64,000 bases of DNA, taken from the NCBI RefSeq assembly GCF_009914755.1, contig NC_060934.1. The stretch is one strand, 5' to 3'. The position numbers and the translations under genes are program-made. Positions 1-12,489 of the stretch are shown in pieces (the first letter of the stretch is position 1; the number at the start of each line of letters is the position of its first letter). The DNA is from the human T2T-CHM13v2.0 reference genome, Homo sapiens. A model generated the notes under the pieces. That model was not told the origin of the DNA. It made no database searches and saw nothing but the letters and a program-made list of their open reading frames with translations.

Positions 1-544
1 TCCAGCACCCCAAGGCAGACCAGGCACTGTGGCTGTGTCTTCCTTCAGCCACATTTGGTTTCCAGAGTGCAGGCCAGGGTAGGTAGCCGAAAGGTAGATT
101 CAAGAGGGGTGTAGTTGACCCAGAAAGCACAAAAAAGCAAAAGGGGCTGGGGCGTGGAAGAGGATGTGAGGCAGTGGTCATAATGACAGCCCAGGGAATT
201 CAAGCTGGGTGAGGATGGGGTGGGGAACAGTGAGAAGGACCAAGGGACAGAACCTCCTGATGGGTCAGTGGATCGTTGGATGGGAATAAACCTAGGCAGG
301 GGGTGGTTGTTCAAATACCAGTTGTGGCTCTGGTTTGGGCAAATCTTCACTCAAGTATTTGCTGGGCTTTCCTATGAGGCCAACATTCCCCTAAGCACAA
401 TCAGGTGAGGAGATCATGGTTGGGTGGATGGGTAGATGGATGGCAACCCCCTCCAGGCTCCTATGGTCCCTTTAGAAGAAGACACTTTGGGGTACTTTTC
501 AAATCACTCACCTTCCTGGAGCTTCTGACAAATAGTGCTGCAGG

Positions 545-757
545 GACTACTCACATGTTTACACACAGCAGGCCCTGTTCTAAGCCCTGTGCATAGATTG
601 TCCTTCTTAATTCTAACAAGATAATAAGGGAGAATTAATACCATTCTCCAGTCACATGGGCATGGCTGGGGAGGTTAAGTAATTTGCTCCCAGCCACAGA
701 GGTGGCCTCAGAGCTGGACATGTGCCCAGGCAGTCTGACTCCAGGCTCTTAACCACT
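545..757 (-). mobile_element. MIR SINE fragment
   Basis: Antisense MIR core: 'gaggttaagtaatttgctcccagccacag...cccaggcagtctgactccag...ctcttaaccact'. Boundaries approximate. Confidence 0.75.
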
Positions 758-1008
758 CCCCAGTACCCCTTCCACACGTGGAACCCCCACCCTGCTTGGA
801 GGTAGTGATCCTACCTCGTTTACAAACTATTCATCGAGTCTATCCAATAAACCCATTTACTGGTAGAAAAACTGAGGCACAAAGAGGAGGAAGCCTTCCC
901 AAAGGATGGTTTTTTGCAGTGCATTGAGGCAAAACCCTGCGTGACTTAGAGTCCCAAATCTGGGTTCAAATCCTAGCTTCACCTTTATTGGCTGAGAGAT
1001 CTCCCCAG

Positions 1009-1461
1009 TGTATGGTAAATGCACCTGACAGCAATAACTTGTGCATCCCCTGAGAATGACCCTGTATGGAAGACGCACCTGAATGCAGTTCAGAGTTTGA
1101 GCTAAGGAATCGGGAATGCCCAACCCAGAGGCTCATTCCTCATCTATGAGGAACATCTGAGTCTCCGGCCTGTCCCGTGGAGTATTGGCCATACACGGAA
1201 TTGAGGCCCTTTGTTTTGGGTCACATGAAGGTTGCCAGGTGGAGGTCGTTAGAGGGAGGGTGCTAAGTGAAAATGCTACATAAAGTGCATGTTTTTTGCA
1301 AGCGGTTGTGGCTCTCCTGTCCAGCCCACTGGCCCTGGACTCTCTCCTCTGTATGTAGCCCCAGTAAAACCCCATGTCTCATTCACTGGCTCTGGGTCTC
1401 TTCTTTGGCCTCTTAAACCTAATGCCATCCCCACTGGAGTCTATATGGATGTGGCATGACA
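1009..1461 (+). mobile_element. Solo ERV LTR, LTR47-like, inserted into a + strand MIR
   Basis: TG...CA termini ('tgtatggtaaatgcacctgacagcaataac'...'gtggcatgaca'). Degenerate polyA signal 'agtaaaacccc'. Imperfect 5-bp TSD cccag/ccaag. MIR sequence ('ctgggttcaaatcctagc' ... 'caagtgact') lies on both sides. Subfamily from memory. Confidence 0.8.
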
Positions 1462-2904
1462 CCAAGTGACTCCAGCTCTCAGCTGAACTTGGCAACTTAA
1501 CCAGGGAAGCCAGCCATCTGACCTCAGCCCATCCACTGCGCACATTGTGTGGTTTCTCTAAGGACGGAGCATCCTTGCTTCTCAAGAGGAGGTCAGAACC
1601 CCCTTCCCACCTCGCAATGGGGATGTGAAGGATGCCAGCACACATCTTTGTGTTGTCGGCTTGTAACATCTCAACCCTGTTGCAGGGGCGAGGGCATCTT
1701 CCCGCCAGCGTTATTTCTTTGCTCCCAACTCGTAAACCAGAACATAAACTCGCAAAGCTGCTCCCTTCTTTTCCTCCTTCCAGCAGGAAGCCTGCTAACA
1801 CTTATAATTTGATCACCATTAGCACACCACTGTAGAGCATTGGGGTGGAATTTTTGAAGTGACTGTTCTAATTGCCATGGCTCAGCCCCCTGAATACTAA
1901 AAAAACCCCAAAATACTAATAGTTATATGTTCCACTGAGAATATGAAAAAAGAAAAGGAAATGAAATTGTACTTTTACAAAACCACTCAATGTTATTCTA
2001 AAAACACCTTCCATTTGAGATTTCATTTCAGTGTGAAGACATGGCTGTGGGGGCTCCAGGGGACAGCCTGGGCCAGGCCTTCAGGAGGAGGAGGAGGCCG
2101 CAGTGGGAGGCTGTTTCCAGGTGCCGTGGGCTAACAGCAGCCCGGCTGAGGCCTCTCTTCAGATAACAGACTTGGCTCTGAGCCACGCTTGATCAAATCA
2201 GCACCCTTTTGTCAGGAGGCTTTGGAGCTCCAGGTTCTGGGGTTGAGAGCCGAGGGACCTTGGAGGAAGAACCACTTTCTTCTCACCCGGTGTGGCAGGA
2301 AAGGGAGCTGCCAGGGAGGGCAGCGCTTCAGCTAACCAGCGTGGTCTGCTCCCCTCATAGGCCAGTGCTCTGCCGGCCTCAGCTGAATGGGGATCCAGGG
2401 CAAGGAAGTGGAAGCCTTTTGGGACACACCCTGGCACAGAAGTCTCCAGAAGGATAGGAACACAGCCAAACATGGAGCCAGGGGCTGTGCAAACCTGGCC
2501 TCACCCAAACTCGGTCCTTTGCCTTGGTCCTTGCCCTCAGCCCTGATGCCATGAAATGCCCTCAAGGCCCCTGCACACTTTTGGTCCTGATTTTAGCCTC
2601 TGGACAGCGCTTGTCACTAGGGGCCACCCTCCCTCTCTGCCTTGGTCTCTTTCCCATCCTGTTCGCACCATGCACACCCCTGCAGGGTTCCATCCAGCTT
2701 CCTGCTCTTCCTTATTCCATCAGTAGATATCTGAGCACCCGCTTTGGGCCAGGCCCTGGCAGGGGCGAAGAGACACTGAGTGTACATGTTAGCGGGTGAG
2801 TCAGATAGGAAGAAAACAAGGTGTAGATCAGGAAGGCTTGAGTCTCGCATGTCCAAACTCTTTCCCCAGTTCCCCCAGAGTGAAGGATTCTGGCACGGAA
2901 TGTC

Positions 2905-3020
2905 AGGGTCCCAGGATTCCCAGCCTCACTCAGCTTTGAGACAGAGAGGAAGCCACTTAGCTGCTTCAGGCCTCAGTTTCCCCACCTGTAAAGTGAAAAG
3001 GCTGGACTATAACCTCTAGG
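2905..3020 (+). mobile_element. MIR fragment
   Basis: MIR core 'gcctcagtttccccacctgtaaagtg'. Confidence 0.7.
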
Positions 3021-3026
3021 TCATCA

Positions 3027-3915
<889 letters not shown>

Positions 3916-4744
3916 TTGTCCAACTGCGTCACTGAACTGGTGGGGAAACCGAGGCCAAGAGGGGAGAGAAGTTTGTCCAGGTCACACCATGAGTTGATCT
4001 CAGAGCCTGAGCAGGACCCAGCTCCCTGCACTGCCTGGGCCAGGCTCTGGGAGCAGCACGCAGGGTCCGAGGGGGAGGCGACCTCCTGATTTCCCTGGGA
4101 ACAGAGCTGTGGCCCAAGCGGAGCTTCTGCCCACCTGTGCCATTTTAATTTCCCAACTGCAGGTGAGTCAGCCCGCGTATGCCAGTGCTCTGAAGGATGG
4201 CTCAGAGCCATCTCCCTTTCTCACTGGAGGGTATTATTAAGACCAGGGCTCCATACATTGGAGAAAGATAGCTCTTCCTTTGTCACATAGTGAAATAAGC
4301 AATTTTCTAGGGAAACATTCACATTTAAGCTCATTCCAGACACGAAGAGCCCCAGCTCATCACACCGCACCCACCACCTGTGCCTGAAGGGACGGGGAGG
4401 CAGGCGAGGGGTGGGAGGTGGGGAGGAGGAGGTAAGGGGAGGCAGGCCAGGGGAGGAAACTTTGCTGGGTCCAAGCCCCTTTAGGCCAGGAAGGAAGGTC
4501 CCTGATGCAGCAGGGGATACTCAGCCCCTGACCCCGGGCAGGGCCTGGCCCTAGGAGCCTCATGGTTGGCATGGGCACTCCCACCACCCCGGGCTCCTAG
4601 GTTCCCCTCTGAACACAGAACTGGCCACTGCTCCACCTCCCTCAGGACCTCCTCTGCCAAGGAGCCTGCTCTTCACCCTGGCTGCTGGGGTAAATTGTTT
4701 GTACCCCAGCTCCTGTCTCATGGGCCGCTGGTGACCCAGCCCTG

Positions 4745-4922
4745 GCAGACCCGGGTTCAGGTCTCAGCTTTTCTACTTAGTAGCTGTGTAGCCTCCTATC
4801 AGAGCCTCATCATCATCTCTAAAGTGGGGATGAAGCGGAGCCTACCTTCCTGAGGTTGCACGGGGAAGAGCGTGGTCAGCACAGTCCCAGGCACACCACA
4901 AGTGCCCAGCAAACGGTGTTGT
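4745..4922 (+). mobile_element. MIR
   Basis: 'cagacccgggttcagg...acttagtagctgtgt...taaagtggggatga...cctaccttcctgaggttg...agcacagtcccaggcac'. Confidence 0.7.
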
Positions 4923-5397
4923 TTTCCCTGAGCCCCTCGTGACCATGGGCAGCCCCTCATGCCCCTGAGGCCAGGCCTTTCCCAGTTCCCTTTGCATTTC
5001 CTAGCTCCCACCAGCATTTCTTAGTGCCTGGCCAGGCACTTGCACAAATATTTTGCAAATTTGTGTTAAATGTGTTAAAAAGTGCCCAGAAAGAAAGGAA
5101 CTGGGATTGCCTCCCCTCTGTGTTCCTTCTCCAGAAATTAGAATTGGAAGCCACTGTCCCCATCACTGATAAACCAGACAAACACAGGCCATCCTGCTGC
5201 AGCTTCCGCCTTACAAACCCACGTGCACCAGACACAGTCCCCGGGAACAATAGGCGGAAATGAGGGGGCCTGGGAACGCTGCCCGAATCCTGCCCAATTG
5301 TTCAGGACCCTTGCATAGAAGATGCGGGTGGTGTGGAGAGGAGGCCCAAGAGGGTGGGCCTGACAGTAAAAAAACAGGAACCGGTGCAGGAAGTCGG

Positions 5398-6632
5398 GGG
5401 TGTTGGACGTGTCTGATGTGTGTGTGACATGTGGTGCATATATAGGGTGTGTGTGTGTGGTGTGTGTGTCTCTGTTGTGCACGGCATGTGGGGTGGATGT
5501 GGGGGATATGGGGTGTGTGTTTGCGGTGTGTGTGGGGTGTCTGTGGTGTGTGTCTAGCGTGTGCTTTGTGTGTGGATGTGTGTTTGTGGTATGGGTGGTG
5601 TGGTGTGTGGTATGTGCATTTGTGTGGTGTCTGCGGGGGGTGGTGGGGGGTGGTGTGTGGAGGGTGTGTGTATTTGTGGGGTGTGTATTTGTGGTATGGA
5701 TATGTGGTGTGTGTAATATGTGATGTGGTATATGTATGGTGTCTGTGATGTGTGTGGTGTCTGTGATGTGTGTGGTATGTGGTGTCCTTGTGGTATGTGT
5801 ATGAGTGTATGGCATGTGTATTTGTGGTGAGTGTGTGGTGTGTGTTTGTGGGGTGTGTGTGGGGTGTGTGTGTGGGGTATGGTGTATGTATGGGTGTGTG
5901 TGGTGTCTGTGGTGTGTGTGTGGTGTGTAAATGAATGTATAGTGTGTGTGGCGTATGTATGGGGGTGTGCGTGGTGTGTGTGTACGTGTGGTGTGTACAT
6001 GGGTATGTAGTCTGTGTGGGGTGTATATATGGGTGTGTGGGGTATATGTGGGGGTGTGGTGTATGTGGGCGTATGGTATGTGTGCTGTCTGTGGTGTGGT
6101 GTGTGTATGGAGTGCATGTGTGGTGTGTGTGTGAGAGATGTATGTGTGGTGTGATGTGTGTGGTGCATTTGTGTGGTGTGTGTGGTGTGTAAATGAATGT
6201 AGTGTGTGTGATGTGTGTATGGGTGTGTGTGGTGTCTGCGGTGTGTGTATGGGGGTGTGTGTGGTGTCTGTGGTGTGTGTATGGGGGTGTGTGGTGTCTG
6301 TGGTGTGTGGTGTGTAAATGAATGTATAGTGTGTGTGGTGCATGTATGGGGGTGTGTGTGGTATGTGTGGTGTGTATATGGGTGTATAGTGTGTGGGGGG
6401 TGTGTGTGGTGTGTGTGGTGCGTATATGGGTGTATAGTGTGTGGGGTGCGTGTGGTGTGTATATGGGTGTATAGTGTGTGGTGTGTATATGGGTGTATAG
6501 TGTGTGGGGTGTGTGTGTGGTGTGTGTGCGTGAGGTATGTATATGGGGGTGTGGGTACGTGGTGTGTCTGTGGGAGTATAGTGTGTGTGGTATGTGTGTG
6601 GGGTGTGTGTGTGTGGTGTGTATATGGATGTA

Positions 6633-6663
<31 letters not shown>

Positions 6664-6670
6664 GTGTGGA
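5398..6670 (+). repeat. Degenerate (TG)n/GT-rich low-complexity tandem array, about 1.27 kb
   Basis: Continuous gtgt/ggtgtg sequence with recurring sub-units 'gtgtaaatgaatgta(ta)gt' and 'gtgtatatgggtgtatagtgtgtgg', ending in a pure (TG)n run. Confidence 0.97.
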
Positions 6671-7210
6671 CAGGCTGTGGAGTGAGCCCACCCATGGATG
6701 GGGTGGCCTGAGGTACGTCCTGACCCCCAGGAGCTCTCCAGGCCCAGAGTGAGTCTCGGGGTGGGAGGATGGCATGCAGTGAGGTGTCAGGAGCTTGGAA
6801 CAGCATGGAGCCCAGGACACCCAGGACTTGAGGCCACGCTCTCAGGAAGCCTGCTTCCATGTCCAACGTGGAAGAGCCCAGGGGTTTTGGGAGAGCCACT
6901 CACAGACTATAAGGTAAAGGGTTGGGAGCTGTTGATAGCAGAAAACTGCCCGGATAGACTTGGGAAGCCTGAATCCTGATTCTCACCACACCATTGCTTT
7001 GGCCAGGACAGAAACCCACACGAGAAAGCTCAGAAAGGGGAGTTTATCTTAAGAATCAGCAGAATTCAGGTGGAGCTGGAATGTCAACAGGACTCAGTGT
7101 CTTTCTGTCTCCATCTCTGTCTCTGCCTCTGTCTCTCTTTGCCTCACCGTTCCCCTCTCCTTTCTTCCTGGGCGACATGGCCTCTCTGCTTTCTCTTCTG
7201 ATCAGACCCA

Positions 7211-7294
7211 CTGTGCAGAATTGAGTGTGCAGGATCCAGCATATAGGATCCAGTGTGCAGGACCCGGTGTGCAGGATCCAGTGTGCAGGGTCTT
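7211..7294 (+). repeat. 14-bp minisatellite, about 6 copies (gtgtgcaggatcca)
   Basis: Units start at 7211, 7225, 7239, 7253, 7267 and 7281. Confidence 0.85.
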
Positions 7295-7580
7295 GCAGTG
7301 CTGACATTCCCTCTACTAGTCTCCAGGTTGCTTGGGCCATTCCTCCATCTGACTGGGTATCCGAAAGGTGCCACCACGCCCAGGCACTGAGAAGCAAAAA
7401 GGACGCAGAGTGAGTAGGCAGATCGGCCTGCATGTGCTCACTTGGTATTTCCAGTTCTCCAAGGAAAGAATCTGACTGGTCACTGGCCAAACCCTGGCTG
7501 GTCTTGGGTTCCGTCACCCCTGGTCCATCAGCTGCGGCAGGAAGAGTCGCGTGACGCCGAGGTGACCAAGCTTGAGCCTT

Positions 7581-7776
7581 CAGCGGGGCTGTGAGCAGGC
7601 CAGATCCGACCTGCCACCTGTCTGTGTAAATCAAACCTCATCACAAAATGACCTCAGCCATTCATTCACACATTGTCCGTGTCTGCTTTCACACTAAAAC
7701 AGCAGAGTTGTGTAGTCGTGACAGAGACTCTATGGCCTGCAAAGCCTAAAATTTTTACTATGTTTTCTGAACCCTG
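7581..7776 (+). mobile_element. MER58A (hAT-Charlie)
   Basis: 'ggccagatccgacctgccacctgtctgtgtaaat...cagcagagttgtgtagtcgtgacagagactctatggcctgcaaagcctaaaatttttacta'. Confidence 0.85.
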
Positions 7777-8079
7777 AACTGGGAAAACAAATGTAAAAGA
7801 TCCATGAGTACCACAAAGCACTGCATAATATGAGGAATTCTAGCGACAGTTACGTTGTCCCTCATCCTGCCAGGACCTCACAAGAGTCTGCTGGGCCCCC
7901 TGGATAAAGTATCAACCATCCTAGTTGTGATTTTCCATGATGCCAAACTTCCAGGCCGTTTGCAAATACAAAATGGAGCTGATCAGTCCCGGTCCTGCCG
8001 GTTGTGAATATGACCTCTGCGGAGACTGTCTCGAGGTAGCACGAGCCCATGCCAAGATGAAAGGAGATGCAGTTGTTCA

Positions 8080-8510
8080 CCCAGATGTTGTGCTCAGCAC
8101 TTCACAACCATTATCTCATTAATCCTTTCAACAACTTAATGAGGCCCGTTCTGCTGCTGCCAAATTCTACTGAAACCAAGGCTTGAGGAGGGCTCTAGAG
8201 TTGAGTACCAGACAGCGCTGTGACGGATCCTGTGTCTGCAGACACCAGGCCTCCTGCCCTTCCTCCTTGGGCTAATGAACTTTTTCTAAATCATGCATTT
8301 AAGTCACTCACTCAGTTAATATTATGTTCATAATATGTGCAAAAGACTGCGCTAGGTGCTTTGGGGAACAGAAGCAATGATGAATAAGGTGCAACCCTTG
8401 CTTCAGGGACAGCACCATCTGGGGCGGATGATGACACAGATAAACACTCGAATGCGAGGTGGAAAGAAACTAGCTCTTTGTAGAGGTTCTTAGTGAGGAC
8501 TGTGGCAGCA
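8080..8510 (-). mobile_element. MIR followed by an L2 3'-end fragment
   Basis: MIR: 'gtgctcagcacttcac...attatctcattaatcctttcaacaac'. L2: 'atatgtgcaaaagactgcgctaggtgctttgggg'. Confidence 0.6.
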
Positions 8511-8566
8511 AAAAGATAAACATTCCAGAACTTTGCAGCTAAAAAGAATCTTAGAAATTATTCATG

Positions 8567-9297
<731 letters not shown>

Positions 9298-9299
9298 AT

Positions 9300-9600
9300 A
9301 GGATCCCAACTTTGGCTCACAACTAAAATCACGTGTGGACCTTCTTTGACATCTTAGGTCCCCTGAGATCCACCCCGGATGTCCTGGTTCAGTAGATCTC
9401 GTGTATGGTCTGGACATGCACATCTTGAAAAAGCATCCTAGGTGGTTCTGATACAAACTCTGATCACGATCCTCTGGTGTCTAGACAAACTTCCTCATTT
9501 TACAGACTTTACAGAAAATGAGACCCAGAAAGATCATCGTACCAGGTCACACAGCTAGGCAGGGGCAGAGAAGGAACCATAACCTGGTCTCCTAGCACTG
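9300..9600. mobile_element. MER5-type element followed by a MIR fragment
   Basis: MER5: 'ttcagtagatctcgtgtatggtctggac...cctaggtggttctgatac'. MIR (- strand): 'ctcattttacaga...ggtcacacagctag'. Confidence 0.6.
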
Positions 9601-9934
9601 CATAGATTCTATGACAGAGCTCCCTGTTCAGGAATTACATCTACAAGTTCCTTGTAGCATTCTTAAACCTCCAATGGCCCTGTTGGGAGGTTTGCCAAGG
9701 CGATGTCTTTTTGTTGATAGGGCTTAGATGCAACCAAGTTATGCAAAAATATTTTGAGAAAACTGTTAACTGATTTTGGAGGTCAAAACAGTATGTTCAC
9801 GTGTTTATGCCTTTCCTGCTTACAACGCACTCTCCCCACCTTTCAGGTCATCGCAAATTCCCATTCTCTTTAAAACCCTTCCTGACTATTTACGCCCATG
9901 GTTGACATCTCCTTGGCACTTCAGTAGTCAGCAA

Positions 9935-10773
9935 ATACACACACACACACACACACCCCACATGCAGTCATACACCTACACACACACACTCATGCCCCCC
10001 AAACACACTCATACATCCCCACACAAATTCACACATATACCAACACACATTCACAATACACCCACACACAAACGCACACATACTCCAACACACACTCACA
10101 TACACCCACACACAAACTCAAACATACTCCAACACACACATACCCAAACACACACATGCACCAACACACACACACTCACAAACACACATACACCAACATA
10201 CACATGCACACACACACACCAACATACAAACTCATATATAACCCCCCACGCACATGCACTCACACTCCTACACACACATATACCAACACACACACACTCA
10301 CACATATAACCCCTCCCCCACACATGCACTCCCACCCACACACCCACAAACACACTGACACACCAACACACACACACTGAGACATACACCAACACCCGCA
10401 TACACATAAATCCACTCACACATACACTCACACATATAACACACCCACATACATGCACTCACATCCCCACAAACTGACACACCAATATACTCACACATAC
10501 ACCCTCATATACTGTCACACATACACTCCACACACTGACACATACACCAACATACAAACTCACACATATAACCCCCACACACGCACTCACACTCCCACAC
10601 TCCCACACACACATACCAACACACACTCACACATATAACCCCTCCCCCCACATGCACATTCACACATACACTGACACATCCACCAACACACACTCACACA
10701 TACACCCACACACACTCACACATACACCAATGCACACCATACATACACTCACACATATCACACACACACACAC
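9935..10773 (+). repeat. Degenerate (CA)n low-complexity array, about 0.84 kb
   Basis: CA-rich, with recurring 'ctcacacatataaccc' and 'caccaacacacacactc' sub-units. Confidence 0.97.
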
Positions 10774-11292
10774 TTGCACTTCAGCCAGCATTGTTGGAGA
10801 ATGTGCATCCAATGAAATCAACTATCCCAGACCAGTGATACACGTTTTTAAAATTCAACCACATTGATCAAAAACCTTGATAAAATGTTTTGTGCATTTC
10901 TTGGATTCTCACGTAATAGGATGACTGCAATTTTCTTGATAGTTTAAGATCACCACTAGGGGCATGAGCTAACATGAAGACACCTGCTCCATCGGAGGTG
11001 GCGCGTGAGGCTCTCAGCCCTGGGCCTCGCCGTGGGTCTTTTCTCTGGTTCATGCTGCTGTTGGTGGCTCGGTTGGTGAGGATGGAGGTGCTGCTGCTGC
11101 CACTCAATCCTTCATAGAAGAACAGATAATGAGGGAGGACCGAAGCTGCTCTGCCCACACAGTCAAATGCCAGGGTTTGCAGAGCCCGACTTGGCTTCTC
11201 TCTGCAGCCCCAGATCCACTTCTCAAGTTTATTCTAGGTCCAGGTTTGCTTATTCTGATTTCTAGATTGGTGGAGTGTTAGGGTGTTCACAT

Positions 11293-11378
11293 GTTGTACA
11301 CTAACTTGTCCTTGTTGTACACTGACTAATCCTGGTTGTACACTAACTTTTCCTGGTTGTACACTTGTCCTGGTTGAT
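11293..11378 (+). repeat. About 21-bp minisatellite, 4 copies (gttgtacact...cctg)
   Basis: 'gttgtacact' starts at 11293, 11314, 11335 and 11357. Confidence 0.85.
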
Positions 11379-12364
11379 ATGCTCATTCGTCAAACCATCT
11401 CTGTACTGTTTCTCTCCAGTCTGTGCCTCCCACACTGAGCTGGGAGCCGCTGAGGGCTGATCGTATCTCAGAGTCTTCCCGTCCCTCTTCCCCTCCCCTC
11501 TCCACGCCTTGGCCCAGCACCCATTGTGTCTTGCCACACAGTAGGTATTTCTTAATACCCTTCAGCTTTCAGTTCCAGCCCAGGGCAAACATTGTCAGAT
11601 TTTATGTTAACCTTTTTTTGAAAATCTGATCCTAGCTGCAAGTCAGTGAATAGCTAAGGCACAGCAGTCGCCTCTGGGAACATTATCCTCAATGAGAAGA
11701 TTTAGATTCATTAGATTTCTGCCTTTAACAAGGAAAAAAATTTACCTAGGGGGCTCAGAAGAAAATTCCATTCCATATTTTAAAGTCACAGCCTAGATTT
11801 TTAATTTCCTAATGGATTTATAATAGGAAAAAAATTACTCCTCAATATGGTATTCTTGCCAGACACCAAATCTATTCTCATTTTGAACTCACAGTTACAA
11901 AACCCTGGCCTTTCTTCAGCTACTGCACAGAGCCCATTTGTGGCAGCAGAACTTAGAGGTGCATCTGGTCGTGCTCCACAGCAGCCTTTTCCCCAGGGTG
12001 AGCACGTGGGGCTCTTGGCTGGAGCCCTGTGATGCCTGTGGCCTGGGCCTTCCTGCAAGGTCCCTGTGGATGCCTTTTCCATGCACCCACGAGGACGCCA
12101 GACCTGAGCACTCTGGGATGGCAGCAGATACCAGAAGTGGGAGGTTTTGGAGCCTGAGGAAGGAGCCCAAGAGATGGCCTCACTCTACCCTCTGGTGAGG
12201 GATGAGGAACTGGAGACCGAGAGCAGATTTGAGGACAGCCTGGATGCAAGGCCAAGACCAGACGTCCAAGCTTGTCCCCTCCACCGCCTTCCACTCACCC
12301 AGTATGCCCTGAGCACCTTTTTGTGTGCAGGGGAGCAGCAGTCCTGGTCGCACTGTGCTCATGA

Positions 12365-12489
12365 TCTAGCTCTCTACCTCCCTGTCTCACTGGGCTTATA
12401 GTCTAGCTCTCTGCTTCCCGGTCGCACTGGGCCCGTGGTCTAGCTCTCTGCCTCCTGGTTGTACTGGGCCCGTGGTCTAGCTCTCTGCC
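12365..12489 (+). repeat. 37-bp minisatellite, about 3.4 copies
   Basis: 'tctagctctct' starts at 12365, 12402, 12439 and 12476 (exact 37-bp period). Confidence 0.9.

Noticed and set aside
5138-6899. 560- and 562-aa His/Thr/Pro-rich ORFs on the minus strand, and Cys/Val-rich ORFs on the plus strand
   Set aside because: These are translations of the degenerate TG/CA array. CA-rich strands are intrinsically poor in stop codons, several frames are open at once, and no domain is recognisable.
11293-12489. Regularly spaced short repeats superficially resembling CRISPR arrays (also 43853-43993)
   Set aside because: Units are head-to-tail with homologous 'spacers', there are no cas genes, and the context is primate nuclear DNA.
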